The translations under genes were made by a program, and so were the position numbers. A stretch of 64,000 nt of DNA from Octopus bimaculoides. Its lineage: Eukaryota. The notes beneath the pieces were generated by a model, which was given only the letters and a program-made list of their open reading frames with translations, made no database searches and was not told the origin of the DNA. The stretch's first letter is position 1. Each line of letters opens with the position of its first letter. Below, one piece after another: positions 12,224 to 25,056 of the stretch. The stretch lies in the NCBI RefSeq assembly GCF_001194135.2, contig NC_068990.1, positions 17,683,712 through 17,747,711 on the forward strand, read 5' to 3'.

Positions 12224-12280
<57 letters not shown>

Positions 12281-12563
12281 CAACATCCACACAGTCACAC
12301 TTATACACACTTACATACATGGTTTGAAAAATACAAGAGAAAGAGGACATCTATGACCATTAACAAAGAGTCTGCAAATCCAGTACCCAAGATACGATTT
12401 CAACTTCATACCCATTATCATTGGAGCAGCAGGAAACATACTGATCCATCTGGAGCAAAGTATGGCTGAACTTGGGTTCTTGGAGACAGATTGCAAGACC
12501 TTAATTCATACACTACAAATGATCATATTTACTTTAATATTTTATTTAAATGTTTTATTATAG

Positions 12564-12705
12564 ATTTGCTGTTGAACATGTTTCAAAGATTTCTAGAATC
12601 TTAAAGCAGCCCAGAAGTCATGCATTGTTAGTTGGTGTTGGTGGATCAGGCCGACAGTCTCTTACCAGATTAGCTGCTCATATGGCGGATTATGATTTAC
12701 ATCAG
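12564..12705 (+). CDS. DNAH7: Dynein heavy chain exon E6 (AAA4 Walker A)
   Basis: attatag|A...CAG|gtatat; [40 protein letters not shown]; phase 2/0. Confidence 0.95.
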
Positions 12706-12837
12706 GTATATTATAAACTTACTTGTTGATGGTTTCTTTGAATATCAAACACTGCTGAATGGTTTTTTAATGCTGCTAAGTCTGAATTTCTTTTCAAACC
12801 CTGGACTATATTGCTGCTGTTGTCAACTTTCTATCAT

Positions 12838-12898
<61 letters not shown>

Positions 12899-12955
12899 GA
12901 TGACGTTCTGTCTGTGACCTTTTAGCATTCTTCATTAGTTAGTTTTATGCTAAGT

Positions 12956-13365
12956 GCTGGCATGGCTGTGTGGTAAGAAGCTTGCTTTCCAACCACATGG
13001 TTTCAGGTTCAGTCCCACTGTGTGACACCTTGAGCAAGTTTCTTCGACTATATCCTCGGAGCAACCAAAGCCTTGTGAGTGGACTTGGTAGACAGAAACT
13101 AAAAGAAGCCTGTATACATACACACACGTGTGTGTGTGTGTCTTTGTGAACATGTTTGTTCCCCACCACTACCACCACGATTTGATGACAGTGTTGGTTT
13201 GTTTATGCCTCTGTAAGCTAACAGTTTGGCAAAAGAGACCAATAGAATAATTACTAGGCTTAAAAAAAATCAGTCTTGGGGTTGATTTGTTCAACGAAGA
13301 CCCTTCAAGGCAGTGCTCCAACATGGCCATAGTCAAATGACTGAAACAAGTAAAAGATAAAAGAT
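12956..13365 (+). mobile_element. CORE-type tRNA SINE, family A
   Basis: Head TGGCTGTGTGGTAAG...GGTTCAGTCCC, CORE-like ACCTTGAGCAAGT, internal (TG)n, tail ...CAAGTAAAAGA. Confidence 0.8.
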
Positions 13366-13827
13366 GTTACGTCTTTTTGGTAGATTCCTAAGAAAAGTGA
13401 AACTAGTTGGTTTTGTCCTCATCCCAGGCTGCCAAAAGCTCTTAGGTTTATCTACAAAGCTTTAATTCCATGGCTGGCGGAGGTTATAAATGAGCACCAC
13501 TGACATACAAATGATGTTGTTAATTTTAAGCCTTCCATAAAAATCATTTTCTGGCAATGCAGAAATATTACAATTGTTTGGAAACAGATTCGGATTGGTA
13601 ACAGGAAGGACATTTGGAAGTAAAAACTCTGCCTCAACAAAGTCCATTTGACACATGGAAGCATGACATTAAACAGTGTTATATATAATAATATACCACA
13701 GGCTTCTTTCAATTTCCATTTACCAAATCCATTCACAAGGATATTAGTGGAAGACACTTGCCAAAGGTGCTATGTAATGTGACTGGACTTGGAATCATGT
13801 TTGGGAAATGAACTTCTCGAGAATACC

Positions 13828-13976
13828 AGGAGTGGCTGTGTGGTAAGTAGCTTGCTTACCAACCACATGGTTCCGAGTTCATTCCCACTGCATGGCACCT
13901 TGGGCAAGTGTCTTCTACCAAAGCCTTGTGAGTGGATTTGGTAGACGGAAACTGAAAGAAGCCCATTGTGTATATG

Positions 13977-14007
<31 letters not shown>

Positions 14008-14238
14008 ATATGTATGTGTGTGTATATGTTTGTGTGTCTGTGTTTGTCTCCCCAACATCGCTTGACAACCGATGCTGGTGTGTTTATGTCCCCGTAACTT
14101 AGCAGTTCGGCAAAAGAGGCTGATAGAATAAGTACTAGGCTTACAAAGAATAAGTCCTGGGGTCGATTTGCTCGACTAAAGGCGGTGCTCCAGCATGGCC
14201 ACAGTCAAATGACTGAAAGGAGTAAAAGTGTAAAAGAA
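13828..14238 (+). mobile_element. CORE-type tRNA SINE, family A, well preserved. Other copies at 3250-3475(-), 19860-20040(+), 21060-21336(-), 22107-22498(+), 27160-27270(-), 32678-33050(-), 60310-60420(-), 62270-62380(-)
   Basis: A/B boxes, GCACCTTGGGCAAGTGTCTTC, internal microsatellite, AAAAG tail. Confidence 0.8.
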
Positions 14239-14376
14239 TACTTGCATCCATCCATCTAAATTATTGATTAAATATAATTTGATTAATATCTTAATCTGTT
14301 TTCTTTTTTCTCCTGATACAGAATGTTTGAGCATGTAATTAACCTGAGAGGAAATTATTTAATTGTCTGTATTTAG

Positions 14377-14490
14377 GTAGAGATTTCCAAAAGTTACACG
14401 CAGAATGAATGGCGAGATGACTTGAAACTTATACTCAGGAAATCAACTGAAACAGATAACCATGCTGTGTTTCTCTTCTCCGACACTCAG
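14377..14490 (+). CDS. DNAH7: Dynein heavy chain exon E7
   Basis: atttag|GTA...CAG|gtaaaa; VEISKSYTQNEWRDDLKLILRK...VFLFSDTQ; phase 0/0. Confidence 0.95.
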
Positions 14491-14559
14491 GTAAAATATT
14501 TCTTATGCCTCATGGAAAAGTTATACATTTTCAATAAATAGTTTGTAATCATTTAGACA

Positions 14560-15514
14560 TTAATTCTTTTGTTGTATTTCTGTTGAAATACACTGCTTTT
14601 ATCTCAATAAATTTTGAAAATAATGAGGAATTTGGTAAAATAACTGTCATTATTGATCTGGTATTTGGAACATAAATTAACATGAAATTTTGATGAACAG
14701 TCTTAATTTAGATTATCTTAAAACTGAAAGTTTGTAGCATAGAACCATATTAAGCTGGTGTTTGGAACATAAAATAACATGAAATTGTACTTTGGTTCAC
14801 TTTAAAACAGGATGTTTGTGTCATTGGACTAGGGGCAGTTTTAAGCGGTTGACTTGAAAAGGGTTAACCCATTTGTTACTGTGTTTCTATTGGAACACAC
14901 TACCTTTGCTTCAATTAATTTAAAAAATAATGAAGAATTTAGTAAAATACTTGTCATTATTAAGCTGGTATTTGGAGCATAAATTAACATGAAATTTTAA
15001 CAGAAATATTAAATTTAAATCACTTCTTAAACAAGATGTGTGTATCATAAAACCAAGGGAAATATCTGGTGGCTTGGTATCAGAAGGACTAAAGTGCTGT
15101 GGGTTCACAGAAATCATAAACAAATTGTTTTGTGGTAATAAGTTATATCTCTATGTTCTGAGTCTAAACCCTTCCAGGATTGATAAACTAAAGTACCAGT
15201 TAGATATAAGTCAGTATAATCAACTGTTCCCTTTTTTCAAATTTCCTGGCCTTGTGCTTGTATAAGAAATCAATCATTTGGCATTTACCCTTTTGATACC
15301 AACCCACCTGAAACCATCCCAAGTTTTATGATACAAACCTGTTTTAAAGTGATCTAATCAACCCTAGTTTTTTGATCAAAATTTCATGCTAATTTATGTT
15401 TCAAACACCAACTTGATAATGAAGAAGTTATTTTACTGAATTTGTCATTATTTTCAAAATTAATTGAAATAAAGGTAGGGTATTTCAAAAGAAATATAGT
15501 GACGAAAGGATTAA
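14560..15514. mobile_element. Three piggyBac-type (TTAA) MITE copies: 14564-14863 (+), 14868-15088 (+), 15288-15510 (-)
   Basis: GGG-TTAA-CCC junction at 14861-14870; shared ~220-bp body. Confidence 0.8.
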
Positions 15515-16095
15515 AACATCAGTTTATGTCAGTAAACTATGGGAACACAGAAAGGTAGAAAAATTTAAGTTCATGTAATGTCAACATTTCTGTCTTTATC
15601 ATACTCAAGATGGCTATTTAGACCAACGTCAGCACTGATCATAGTCATGACCACTACATTGTCTAATATCTTCTCTTATATAAAACAGTAAGGTATGAAT
15701 TGAGAGATATTTCACTGCTATTTCCAGCAGGTCAGATGACCAAATAAAGACAAGAGCCTCCTCTATTAGTTTGTCAGAGGGAGAGGACAGAATGGCAATT
15801 AAAGGTCAATATTTCATGTCCTTAGAAAGAATGAGAAAAATATATAACTTGTTTCTTCTGTAAACAAGATAAACTATTAGAAAATATAGATGATTCAACA
15901 ACTGGCAGATCAAAACCTTTGAATATAATATACATGAACCTACATTTAAACAGGTACTGAGTCTTTTGTAAATCTGTGTTCCAACTATCATATTTATCTA
16001 AGCCTATTTTTGACTCAAAAGATCATCTTTTTTTATGAGAAATAATATCTCGAGAGACAGCTAAAGCTAAGTTGTTTTTATATTGCATTTTAAAG

Positions 16096-16214
16096 ATCAA
16101 GAAAGAATCCTTTTTGGAAGACATCAATAATTTACTAAATGCTGGAGAAGTACCAAACCTCTTCCCTCCAGATGAAAAGCAGGAAGTGTGTGAGAAGATG
16201 CGTCAGTTGGATAG
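16096..16214 (+). CDS. DNAH7: Dynein heavy chain exon E8
   Basis: tttaaag|ATC...AG|gtgagt; IKKESFLEDINNLLNAGEVPNLFPPDEKQEVCEKMRQLD; phase 0/2. Confidence 0.95.
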
Positions 16215-16300
16215 GTGAGTGTGTTGAATATTTTTGTTTCGTATATACATATATCTGTGTGTGTGTGTGTGTTACGTGTATGTGTGTGTGTGTGTATATA

Positions 16301-16349
<49 letters not shown>

Positions 16350-16618
16350 AAAAATAATAATTATTCTAAGTTATCAGGATATTTACTATTTTATACTTTA
16401 CTAATGCAAAGCAAACAGTATCAATTATAATGTTATTATTACAAATTTGTGATTTTTACCAATAGGACCACAACTTCAATTTCCGACATGCTTATATTAT
16501 TAGATTAGCATTTTGGATATAATTTTCTATGTGTACTCCAGTAAATAAGGTTGTCCTGAAATTGAAGTTGTGGTCCTATTGGTAAAATCCCAAATTTTTA
16601 CATTAGTTATATGTGAGC

Positions 16619-16836
16619 TACTGCAAGTTTCATGCTTGGATAGTGTAGTAACTGGACAGGTTTGTATGGCATACCATGCCTGACCCAACAATTATTCATG
16701 CTCAGATGACTTGGCATGTTTTTGCTTGCATTTTTCTCTCAGAGAGGCCATGTTATTTGAGTCCGAATAATTGCTAGGTTATGCATGGTATGCTATTGAA
16801 GCCTATCTGTACTATCCAAGCATGAAATTTGAAGTA
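16619..16836. mobile_element. Foldback MITE with ~75-bp imperfect inverted arms
   Basis: CAAGTTTCATGCTTGGATAGT pairs with ACTATCCAAGCATGAAATTTG; GCATACCATGC...CAATTATTC pairs with GAATAATTG...GCATGGTATGC. Confidence 0.75.
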
Positions 16837-16934
16837 ATTATTCTGTATTCATTAAATGATATTTAGCTTTTGCTGACTCTTTCAACAAGCAAACAATATT
16901 CTACATGTAAAAGTACATACATACATACATACAT

Positions 16935-16965
<31 letters not shown>

Positions 16966-17071
16966 TACATACATACACACACACATGCCTTCACCTATAA
17001 ATTTATAAACTTATTTTTAAAGTAAATATATTCCCAGTTTGAAAACATTTTTTTTCTCTCTTTTCTTGCAG

Positions 17072-17252
17072 GCAACGAGACAAAATGAAACAAACTGATG
17101 GCTCACCTGTTGCGTTGTTTAACTTCTTCATTCAGCGTGTACGGGATCAACTTCATATTGTTTTGGCAATGAGTCCCATTGGGGATTCTTTCCGTACCAG
17201 ACTACGAAAATTCCCTTCATTAGTCAATTGTTGCACAATTGATTGGTTCCAG
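17072..17252 (+). CDS. DNAH7: Dynein heavy chain exon E9 (AAA4)
   Basis: ttgcag|G...CAG|gtaaag; HIVLAMSPIGDSFRTRLRKFPSLVNCCTIDWFQ; phase 2/0. Confidence 0.95.
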
Positions 17253-17819
17253 GTAAAGTACAGCTCTTATATTTTCCCACACTTACTCACTTGATCTAGT
17301 AAACCAGGAAATTTTCATCACTTATAATTTCTTATGCTAGTGCTAATTATGTTATTAATTTTACATGCAGTAGGCATCACTGGGTATTTTCTCCCGGGCA
17401 TTACTATAAAAAAGTAATGGTTGTCACCACCTCAATGTGGTTGTTCCATACAGAGCATTGTTTCTACTCTTTTTAACCCCAGGAGGACACCTCCTCCAGC
17501 TAGTTAACGACACGCTATCTGTGTTTATCATATTGCAAATAAGGGAACAAACAACTCCCTGGAACGTTTATTGATGGATTTGTAACTATGAATGTTTATT
17601 AACATATTGTTAGGGTTGTTTTAAGACAGCAGATGTGAACTTGACATATCCATTAAGTCTTAAAGTTCCATAACTGTAGATATCGACAACTGTCACCAAA
17701 TGCTGAATCACTTAAAAGTTCTTTGTTTGCATTCTGTCTTACATTCACCTTCATGTATCTTGAGAAATTGCTCGGACACCTTGCCACCATATCATCATCT
17801 TATTTCTAGCTACTCCCAT

Positions 17820-18032
17820 CGTACTGCCGGACTGACCCTCGTGCCGGTGGCACATAAGAGCACCCACTACACTCTCGGAGTGGTTGGCATTAGAAAGGGT
17901 ATCCAGCTGTAGAAATTCTGCCAGATCAGATTGGAGCCTGGTGCAGCCATCTGGTTCGCTAGTCCTCAGTCAAATCGTCCAACCCATGCCAGCATGGAAA
18001 GTGGACGTTAAACGATGATGATGATGATGATG
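17820..18032 (+). mobile_element. RTE LINE 3' UTR fragment with (GAT)n tail; similar ends at 20490-20710, 24765-25010, 29990-30300, 42320-42472, 44990-45352, 47100-47272
   Basis: Closely matches 53336-53596, which is attached to RTE ORF2. Confidence 0.85.
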
Positions 18033-19338
18033 CAGGGTAGCCATATATTTCTTCTTTAGCAAAACAGCTGTCCCTGTACCTCTGTCTTACTTTAGCCATC
18101 CCAACACCTGGTATAAAGCCAATTCTCTCTCTACTACAACCTCACTTAGCCAACAGGATTTTTTTCTCTGTCTTGCAATTATTTGGCACCTTATCAGTGC
18201 CAGTGTCAACAAATATTATTGTTTTAGGGGTCGAAAACTGGAATTATGCATTCTTCTGTGCAAGAAACAAAAGCTTAATCTCATTTTAGAAAAAAAAAAT
18301 CCTGTCAAAATACATCCTGTTTGCACCATGTGTGTTTATTCTTTTGTGTTTTATCAAGTAAATCTTTCTGGGTGTTTTCTTTTTCCTTAATTTTCAAGCT
18401 TACTTGTGGTTAATACCTGAAGTAATGAGTTAGAATTCTGTAACATCATTTATTAATGGTTTATTTGTTATTATTTATTTATCAATGATTTAATTAGAAA
18501 ATCAGTGCCCCGGAATCGATATCTTGTAAATTTATGTGAAAACATTTACATGTAGTCAACTTCACTATATTCAACTCACCTTGGTTGGTGAAATGCATGA
18601 CTGCATTTGCAATGTAAATTATATAGTATTTGTGGATTTCATCCAAATTCATGCAGTAGTTATATTTTTATGATTTTTATACTGAACTAACTGCATTTCT
18701 TCAAAATCTTCAGTTTCTTATAGGATTGAGAGATTTCTATAGGGAAAGTAAGACAGGAGTTAAGACAAGTTAATATGCTGCCAAATATCATTTCTATCAA
18801 GAAAGCAAGCATTACAGGACTTTAAGAGTTTATACAACACCAAATATTTCTATAGAGAAAGTACTACAGGATTTTAGGAGTTAAGTTGTTAACCATGGTC
18901 AATCTCTCTTTTGTTTATAACATTCAGTGATCTGGGTTTTTTTTTTACATTAATTTCATTGAAGATTTTGACAGTGTTAGTATGAGGTTGGTATTGTCAG
19001 TAACAGTACAATGCCTTTTCACAGCAGTCTTTCAAGCTTGCTTTGAACTTGCTTGCATTTTAATAAGTAAATGCTTAATGTTGAAGTTTTTTCCTGATAA
19101 TGCTCCAGTATTGGTCCTTATGGGTCAAGGAAAAAACCCCCAAAAAACTATCAGTATGAAGATACAATGCACTGGGACTAAATCCTGCATCATGTGGCTG
19201 TAAATAGAGCTTCTTAATTATTATACAATCATACAAAAATCATTCATAATGAAATAACATTTTTCTTTGATCTAAAAGAAACTCTATTCTTTTATTTATT
19301 TTGTTTTTTATTTTACTTTTTTTTTTGCTTAACAACAG

Positions 19339-19568
19339 TCTTGGCCAAAAGATGCCCTAGAGGCTGTTGCAAGACGTTTCCTTGGAGATATAAAAATGGG
19401 TGATGATGATAAATATGGGTGCACTGAAATGTGTCAGATGTTCCATACAACCACATCTGAGCTGTCTGCCAGATTTTTTTCAGAACTTGAGAGACACAAT
19501 TATGTTACACCAACATCGTATCTGGAACTTCTCAGTACATTTAAACTGCTTTTGGACAAAAAACAGAC
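19339..19568 (+). CDS. DNAH7: Dynein heavy chain exon E10
   Basis: aacag|TCT...AC|gtaagt; SWPKDALEAVARRFL...RHNYVTPTSYLELL; phase 0/2. Confidence 0.95.
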
Positions 19569-20011
19569 GTAAGTTTGATAGATTCATTCATTTGATTTTC
19601 TTCCGGTTTTTTTTCCTTGTTAGTGTTTGATAACTGGATGCCTTTCCTGTTGCTAACACTTATCAATTCCTCAAATAAGGGATATTTTAAACTATTTGTC
19701 TTTGAAAATGATGTGATTGAGGGTAATCTGTTTGTAAAGTATTTCAACATAGTGCCACTGTTTTACTAAAACCGTTTTACTTATGTGGAGATGCAGAATG
19801 CCTACATTCACACAGGACAAGCATACTCCCCCCCACACACACACACACGCTCACACATAGACACAAGCATGGCTGTGTGGCTAAGAAGTTTCTCAACCAC
19901 ATGATTTCAGGTTCTCTTACATGACATGGCACCTTGGACAAATGTCTTCTATCATAACCCCAGGGCAACAAAGGTCTCGTGAGTGGATTGGGAAACTAAA
20001 AGAAGCCAGTT

Positions 20012-20054
<43 letters not shown>

Positions 20055-20801
20055 TATCATGTGTGTTTGATACTTATGTAAGTTGTGTTAAGTTCGTGCA
20101 CATTCCATTGTGTTGTGTATAAATTATTGCCTGTGGATATAGTGTCACCACACATGTACACAAATAAATGAAATCATTATTATAAAATGGATTTTTAAAA
20201 AATGTTCAATTCTGTCTCTGTTTTAGCAACCTATGATACACTATTGATAATATAGACATATTTTGAATTTTATAGAAGCATTGTATTCCTGAAAATCTTG
20301 TTATGACATGGAACCTCAAAGCACAAATCCTATGTTTTCCATTAACTCTGATGTTATTTCTATATTATGTAAAACGGCCACTCAGTAAGAAAATAGGCTT
20401 TGTGTTATGGAATTTCAAAGCAATGACCGAGATCTTTGGCATTATGTTTTGCTTGGGAAGAAGACCCATCAAGCCAAGTAAAATCACAGTCATGGTAGAT
20501 ACCGGTGTCATGCAAATGCCCCTGTGCCAGTGGCACATAAAAGCACCCATTACACGCTTGGAGTGGTTGGCATTAGGAAGGACATTCAGCTGTGGAAACC
20601 ATGCCAAATCAGACTGGAGTCTGGTGCAGCCTTTCAGCTTGCCAGCCCTGGTCAAACCGTCCAACCCATGCCAGCATGGACAATAGATGATGAATGATGA
20701 TGATAATGACACAATTTACAGGAACATAAAGCTACATTGTATGATGCTGATCTCTAATAACTACTCTAATGACAAAATTTAATCAATTATTCTCATTGCA
20801 G

Positions 20802-20991
20802 TGAAGTTTCTTTACAGAGACAGAGATACGTGGTTGGGTTAGAGAAGCTGGATTCAGCAGCATCTCAGGTGTCGATTATGCAGAAAGAGTTAACTGATCT
20901 CCAACCACTGTTGGTCATTGCTAGCAAGGAAGTAGATGAAATCATGATTGTTGTAGAAAAGGAATCTATTGAAGTGGCAAAGAAAGAAAAG
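20802..20991 (+). CDS. DNAH7: Dynein heavy chain exon E11 (stalk coiled coil 1)
   Basis: ttgcag|T...AAG|gtatat; RYVVGLEKLDSAASQVSIMQKELTDLQP; phase 2/0. Confidence 0.93.
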
Positions 20992-22639
20992 GTATATTTC
21001 TGTTAATTTTACCAAACCCTTCATCCTGACATTTGAAAAATATTCATTTTATATTTTCTTTTCTTTTATTCTTTTATTTGTTTCCGTCACTGGACTGAAG
21101 TTTTGCTGGGGCACTGCTTTCAAGGGTCTACTCAAATAAATTGCCCCTGGTACGCATACCTTTTGACTTTGGTACTTATAGTATGGGTCTTTTTGTACTT
21201 TTTTTTTTTTGCTGAACTACAAAGCCATGAGGATGTAAACAAGCCAGTACTTTTTGTCAGGTCCTGTGGGGACAAATACAAAGACATGCCACACACACAC
21301 ACACACACGCACACACACACACACACACACATCCACNNNNNNNNNNNNNNNNNNNNNNNNNNNNNNNNNNNNNNNNNNNNNNNNNNNNNNNNNNNNNNNN
21401 NNNNNNNNNNNNNNNNNNNNNNNNNNNNNNNNNNNNNNNNNNNNNNNNNNNNNNNNNNNNNNNNNNNNNNNNNNNNNNNNNNNNNNNNNNNNNNNNNNNN
21501 NNNNNNNNNNNNNNNNNNNNNNNNNNNNNNNNNNNNNNNNNNNNNNNNNNNNNNNNNNNNNNNNNNNNNNNNNNNNNNNNNNNNNNNNNNNNNNNNNNNN
21601 NNNNNNNNNNNNNNNNNNNNNNNNNNNNNNNNNNNNNNNNNNNNNNNNNNNNNNNNNNNNNNNNNNNNNNNNNNNNNNNNNNNNNNNNNNNNNNNNNNNN
21701 NNNNNNNNNNNNNNNNNNNNNNNNNNNNNNNNNNNNNNNNNNNNNNNNNNNNNNNNNNNNNNNNNNNNNNNNNAGGACTGCACACTATCAAATATGCTCT
21801 TCCTTCTTGTTTTTAGATGAGAAGTTGTGATTCGAGGGAGTTTGACTATTTTTTCTTGCAGATTGTAAGACTATATAGAAAATTGCTGGTTTGATGTGTG
21901 ACAACATTTATCAGAATTTTGTTAGGAATTCATAAATTCTTAATTTGTCAGAATTTTAAAATTTCATTATTTTCAAATGTTACAATCCGAAATATTTACT
22001 GAGCTATGTCAAAATAACCTGGGGTATGTAAAAAAAAAACAAAAAAAAAAACAAAAGGTCTTTGCTTTTGTTGAAATTGTTCATTTTCAAATTCTTTAAT
22101 ATATAAGCACAGTTGTGGCTGTGTGGTAAGAAGTTTGCTTCCCAACCACATAGTTCTGGATTTAGTCCCACTGCATGGAACCTTGGGCAAGTGTCTTTTA
22201 CTATAACCTCAGCCTGACCAAAGCCTTGTGAGTGGATTTGGTGGAAATAAACTGATAGAAGTCCATTGTGTGTGCTTGTGTGTGTCTGTCTGTATTTATC
22301 CCCTGCCACCACTTGATGACCTGTGTTGGTGCGTTTACATCCCTGTAACCTGGTAGCTCAACAAAAGAGAATGATAAAATAAGTGCCAGGTTTGAAAAAA
22401 TAAAAAATAAGTACTTGGGTTGATTTGTTTGACTAAAATTCAAGGTGGTGCTCCAGCATGGTTTCAGACTAATAACTGAAATGAATAAAAGAAAAAGATG
22501 TGAAAATTTTAAATTTTCATGAACTTTGACTCTTTGGAATTAGCAAATTATTTTACTTTCCAAATATATTAGATTTTATTAAGTCGTGTAGAAGTTTCAG
22601 GCTGGCAGAGAATAGTGTTATAATGTCAACTTTGTCTTT

Positions 22640-23300
22640 CATTCTTTTGAGAGTTTATAAATAAGTACCAGTCCTGGGCAATGGATTATCAAAATGGTTA
22701 GAGGGCTGGCAAGATACCCAAGATATCTTGCAGCATCTGTTCTGGCCCTTTGCATTTTGACAGTAATATCTGCTGCAAGACTGGTGCCAGGTTGTATCAT
22801 CCCAAGCTGGTTTTCTCTGAATAACATTGGTGGCTTGGAGAGGGGAGACTTACATCCATGAGCAACTGCCAGTCTTTCTCAAAAGATTTTGGCCAGGTCT
22901 GCATTTTCATGTGTAGATGAAAGGTCAATTTCAACCAATGGCTTTCTTAATAGGTCGAGTAATTTTCTCTTTGTACTTTCAAAGGTGACCAGTTTAGAGA
23001 ATAACTCCATTGGAGAGTGTTTCTGAAGAAGTTGTGCAAAGTGTAGCATAAGATATCTAGTTTGGGTGTGGATGATGTATGTGTGAGAAGACAGTTTAGA
23101 AGGACTGAAAGGTGGTTTCTGTGTAATGGTATGTGTGGCAAGAATAACAATAAGTCCATTATTATGAAGAAGGAACCATGTGTTAAAAATATCCAAACTC
23201 TGAGACATATAAAATTGTCTGTTAAAATATGGGTTGGAGAGGTCCCAGTTAAACTTTGCTGCAATGGATTGGTTTGATAAGAAACTTCTGCTTCAAAACG
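22640..23300 (-). mobile_element. Highly decayed CR1-group LINE 3' fragment
   Basis: Frameshifted resemblance to the post-RT motif FYRYYNG...SH.Y...SFF.RT..LW.SL; weak. Confidence 0.35.
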
Positions 23301-23930
23301 TCAGATATAGACACTGTCCTCAAAGGAAAAGTTAATTTTATCAACCTCAGTACTTGACTGGTACCTGTTTCATTAATATTAGTTTCAGATGTTGGTACAA
23401 GGCCAGCAATTTCAGGGGAGGAAGTAAGTCAGTTACATTAACCCCACTGCTCAATTGCTACTTATTTTATCGACCCAGAAAGGCAAGGTGAACCTTCGCA
23501 AAATTTGAACTCAGAACATAAAGATGGGTGAAATGCTGTTAAGCATTTTGTTCAGCATGCTAATGGTTCTGCCAGCTCACTGCCTTACTTGTTTTATTAA
23601 TATTGAAAAGATGAAATGCAAAGTTGGTCTGAATAATATTTGAACTCAGAATATAAAAAAGATGTGACTACAAAGCATTCAAAGTAATGCATTTACTGAA
23701 CCTGCCATCTGTGGCTATATTGTCTCCCAAAAGATGTGTTGAAAACAATAATAACTCTTACTAATTTTGGCACAAAGCCAACAATTTTAAGGGGAGGCGG
23801 CAAGTACTTGACTGGTATTTTATCTTATTGACTTGAAAAAGATGAATGAGAAAGTTGAACTTGGAAGGATGTGAATAATAATGATAATGATCCTTTCTAC
23901 TATAGGCACAATGCTTGAATGATGATGATG

Positions 23931-24000
<70 letters not shown>

Positions 24001-24011
24001 TAATAATAATA

Positions 24012-24455
24012 GAGCATAACAGATTAGACCTAGTGGTGATGGACAAGGTGCACCACATATGCTGTATAGTTGATGTTGCATGCCCCTTTGACCCACAAAT
24101 AGTCAAGATGGAAGGCGCAAAGATAGATAGATACAACCCTCTTAAGTACAAAATAGCCCAGCTATGGAAAATGAAGAAGGTGAAGATAGTGCCAATTATT
24201 GTTGGGTCCTTGGGAACAGTATCAGAAAGCATCAAGAGGAATATAATGAAAATTGGAATAGAGTACCCTGTAGAACTGTTAGAAAAAGTTTGCTTCTTTG
24301 GCACAGCCAGAATAATCAGGAAAGTATCAGATAGCTGAAAAGAACGAATGGCATGGCACTGTAGGCTGCAGGTAATAAGCTCACTACGCATGCAAGACTT
24401 CAGGAGCTCCAACAAAACCTGTGATAAAGAGAAAATAAAAATGATTATTATTAAT
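24012..24455 (+). mobile_element. 5'-truncated R4/Dong-like non-LTR retrotransposon (RLE domain plus 3' UTR)
   Basis: EHNRLDLVVMDK...IVDVACPFD...KIDRYNPL...LWKMKKVKIVPIIVGSLGTV...FGTARIIRKV; directly after a (TAA)n array. Confidence 0.8.
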
Positions 24456-24464
24456 ATTTTTCAG

Positions 24465-24605
24465 ATTGTGAAAGCAGATGAAGTTGTAGCTAATGAACAT
24501 GCTATTAATGCTAAAGGCATTAAAGATGAATGCAACAATGATCTCGCTAAAGCCATGCCTGCATTAAACCAAGCTCTAGCTGCCCTGGATACACTAACTC
24601 CACAG
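24465..24605 (+). CDS. DNAH7: Dynein heavy chain exon E12 (stalk coiled coil 1)
   Basis: tttcag|ATT...CAG|gtaaac; IVKADE...IKDECNNDLAKAMPALNQALAALDTLTPQ; phase 0/0. Confidence 0.93.
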
Positions 24606-25056
24606 GTAAACATTCCATTACTTTTTTGCAGTTAATCTCATCAGTAGGGTGCTTAACAATGAGCTGAGATTATGGCAGTTTGTGTTTTGTCTTTGATGTG
24701 TGACATGTCCATGGCTAAAACCTTTAACTACTATTGTAAAAAAAAAAAAAGCTTTGGTGTTAGTACTTGTGCTGGTGCCACACAAAATGCACTGGTGATG
24801 GTGCCACACAAAATGCACTGGTGATGGTGCCATATAAAAAGCATTGGTACTGGTGCCATGTAAAATGCTTCCAGTGTACTTTGTAAAGTGGTTGGCATTT
24901 GGAAGGGCATCCAGCTTTAGAAACCAAGCCAAAACTATGGAATCTGGTGCAGCCTCTGGCCTTACCAGTTCTTGTCAATGGATGTTAAATTATAATGATG
25001 ATGGTGATTAAAATATGAATCCTATGGTGTTAAAATAGTCTTCAATTTCTTCTTAG

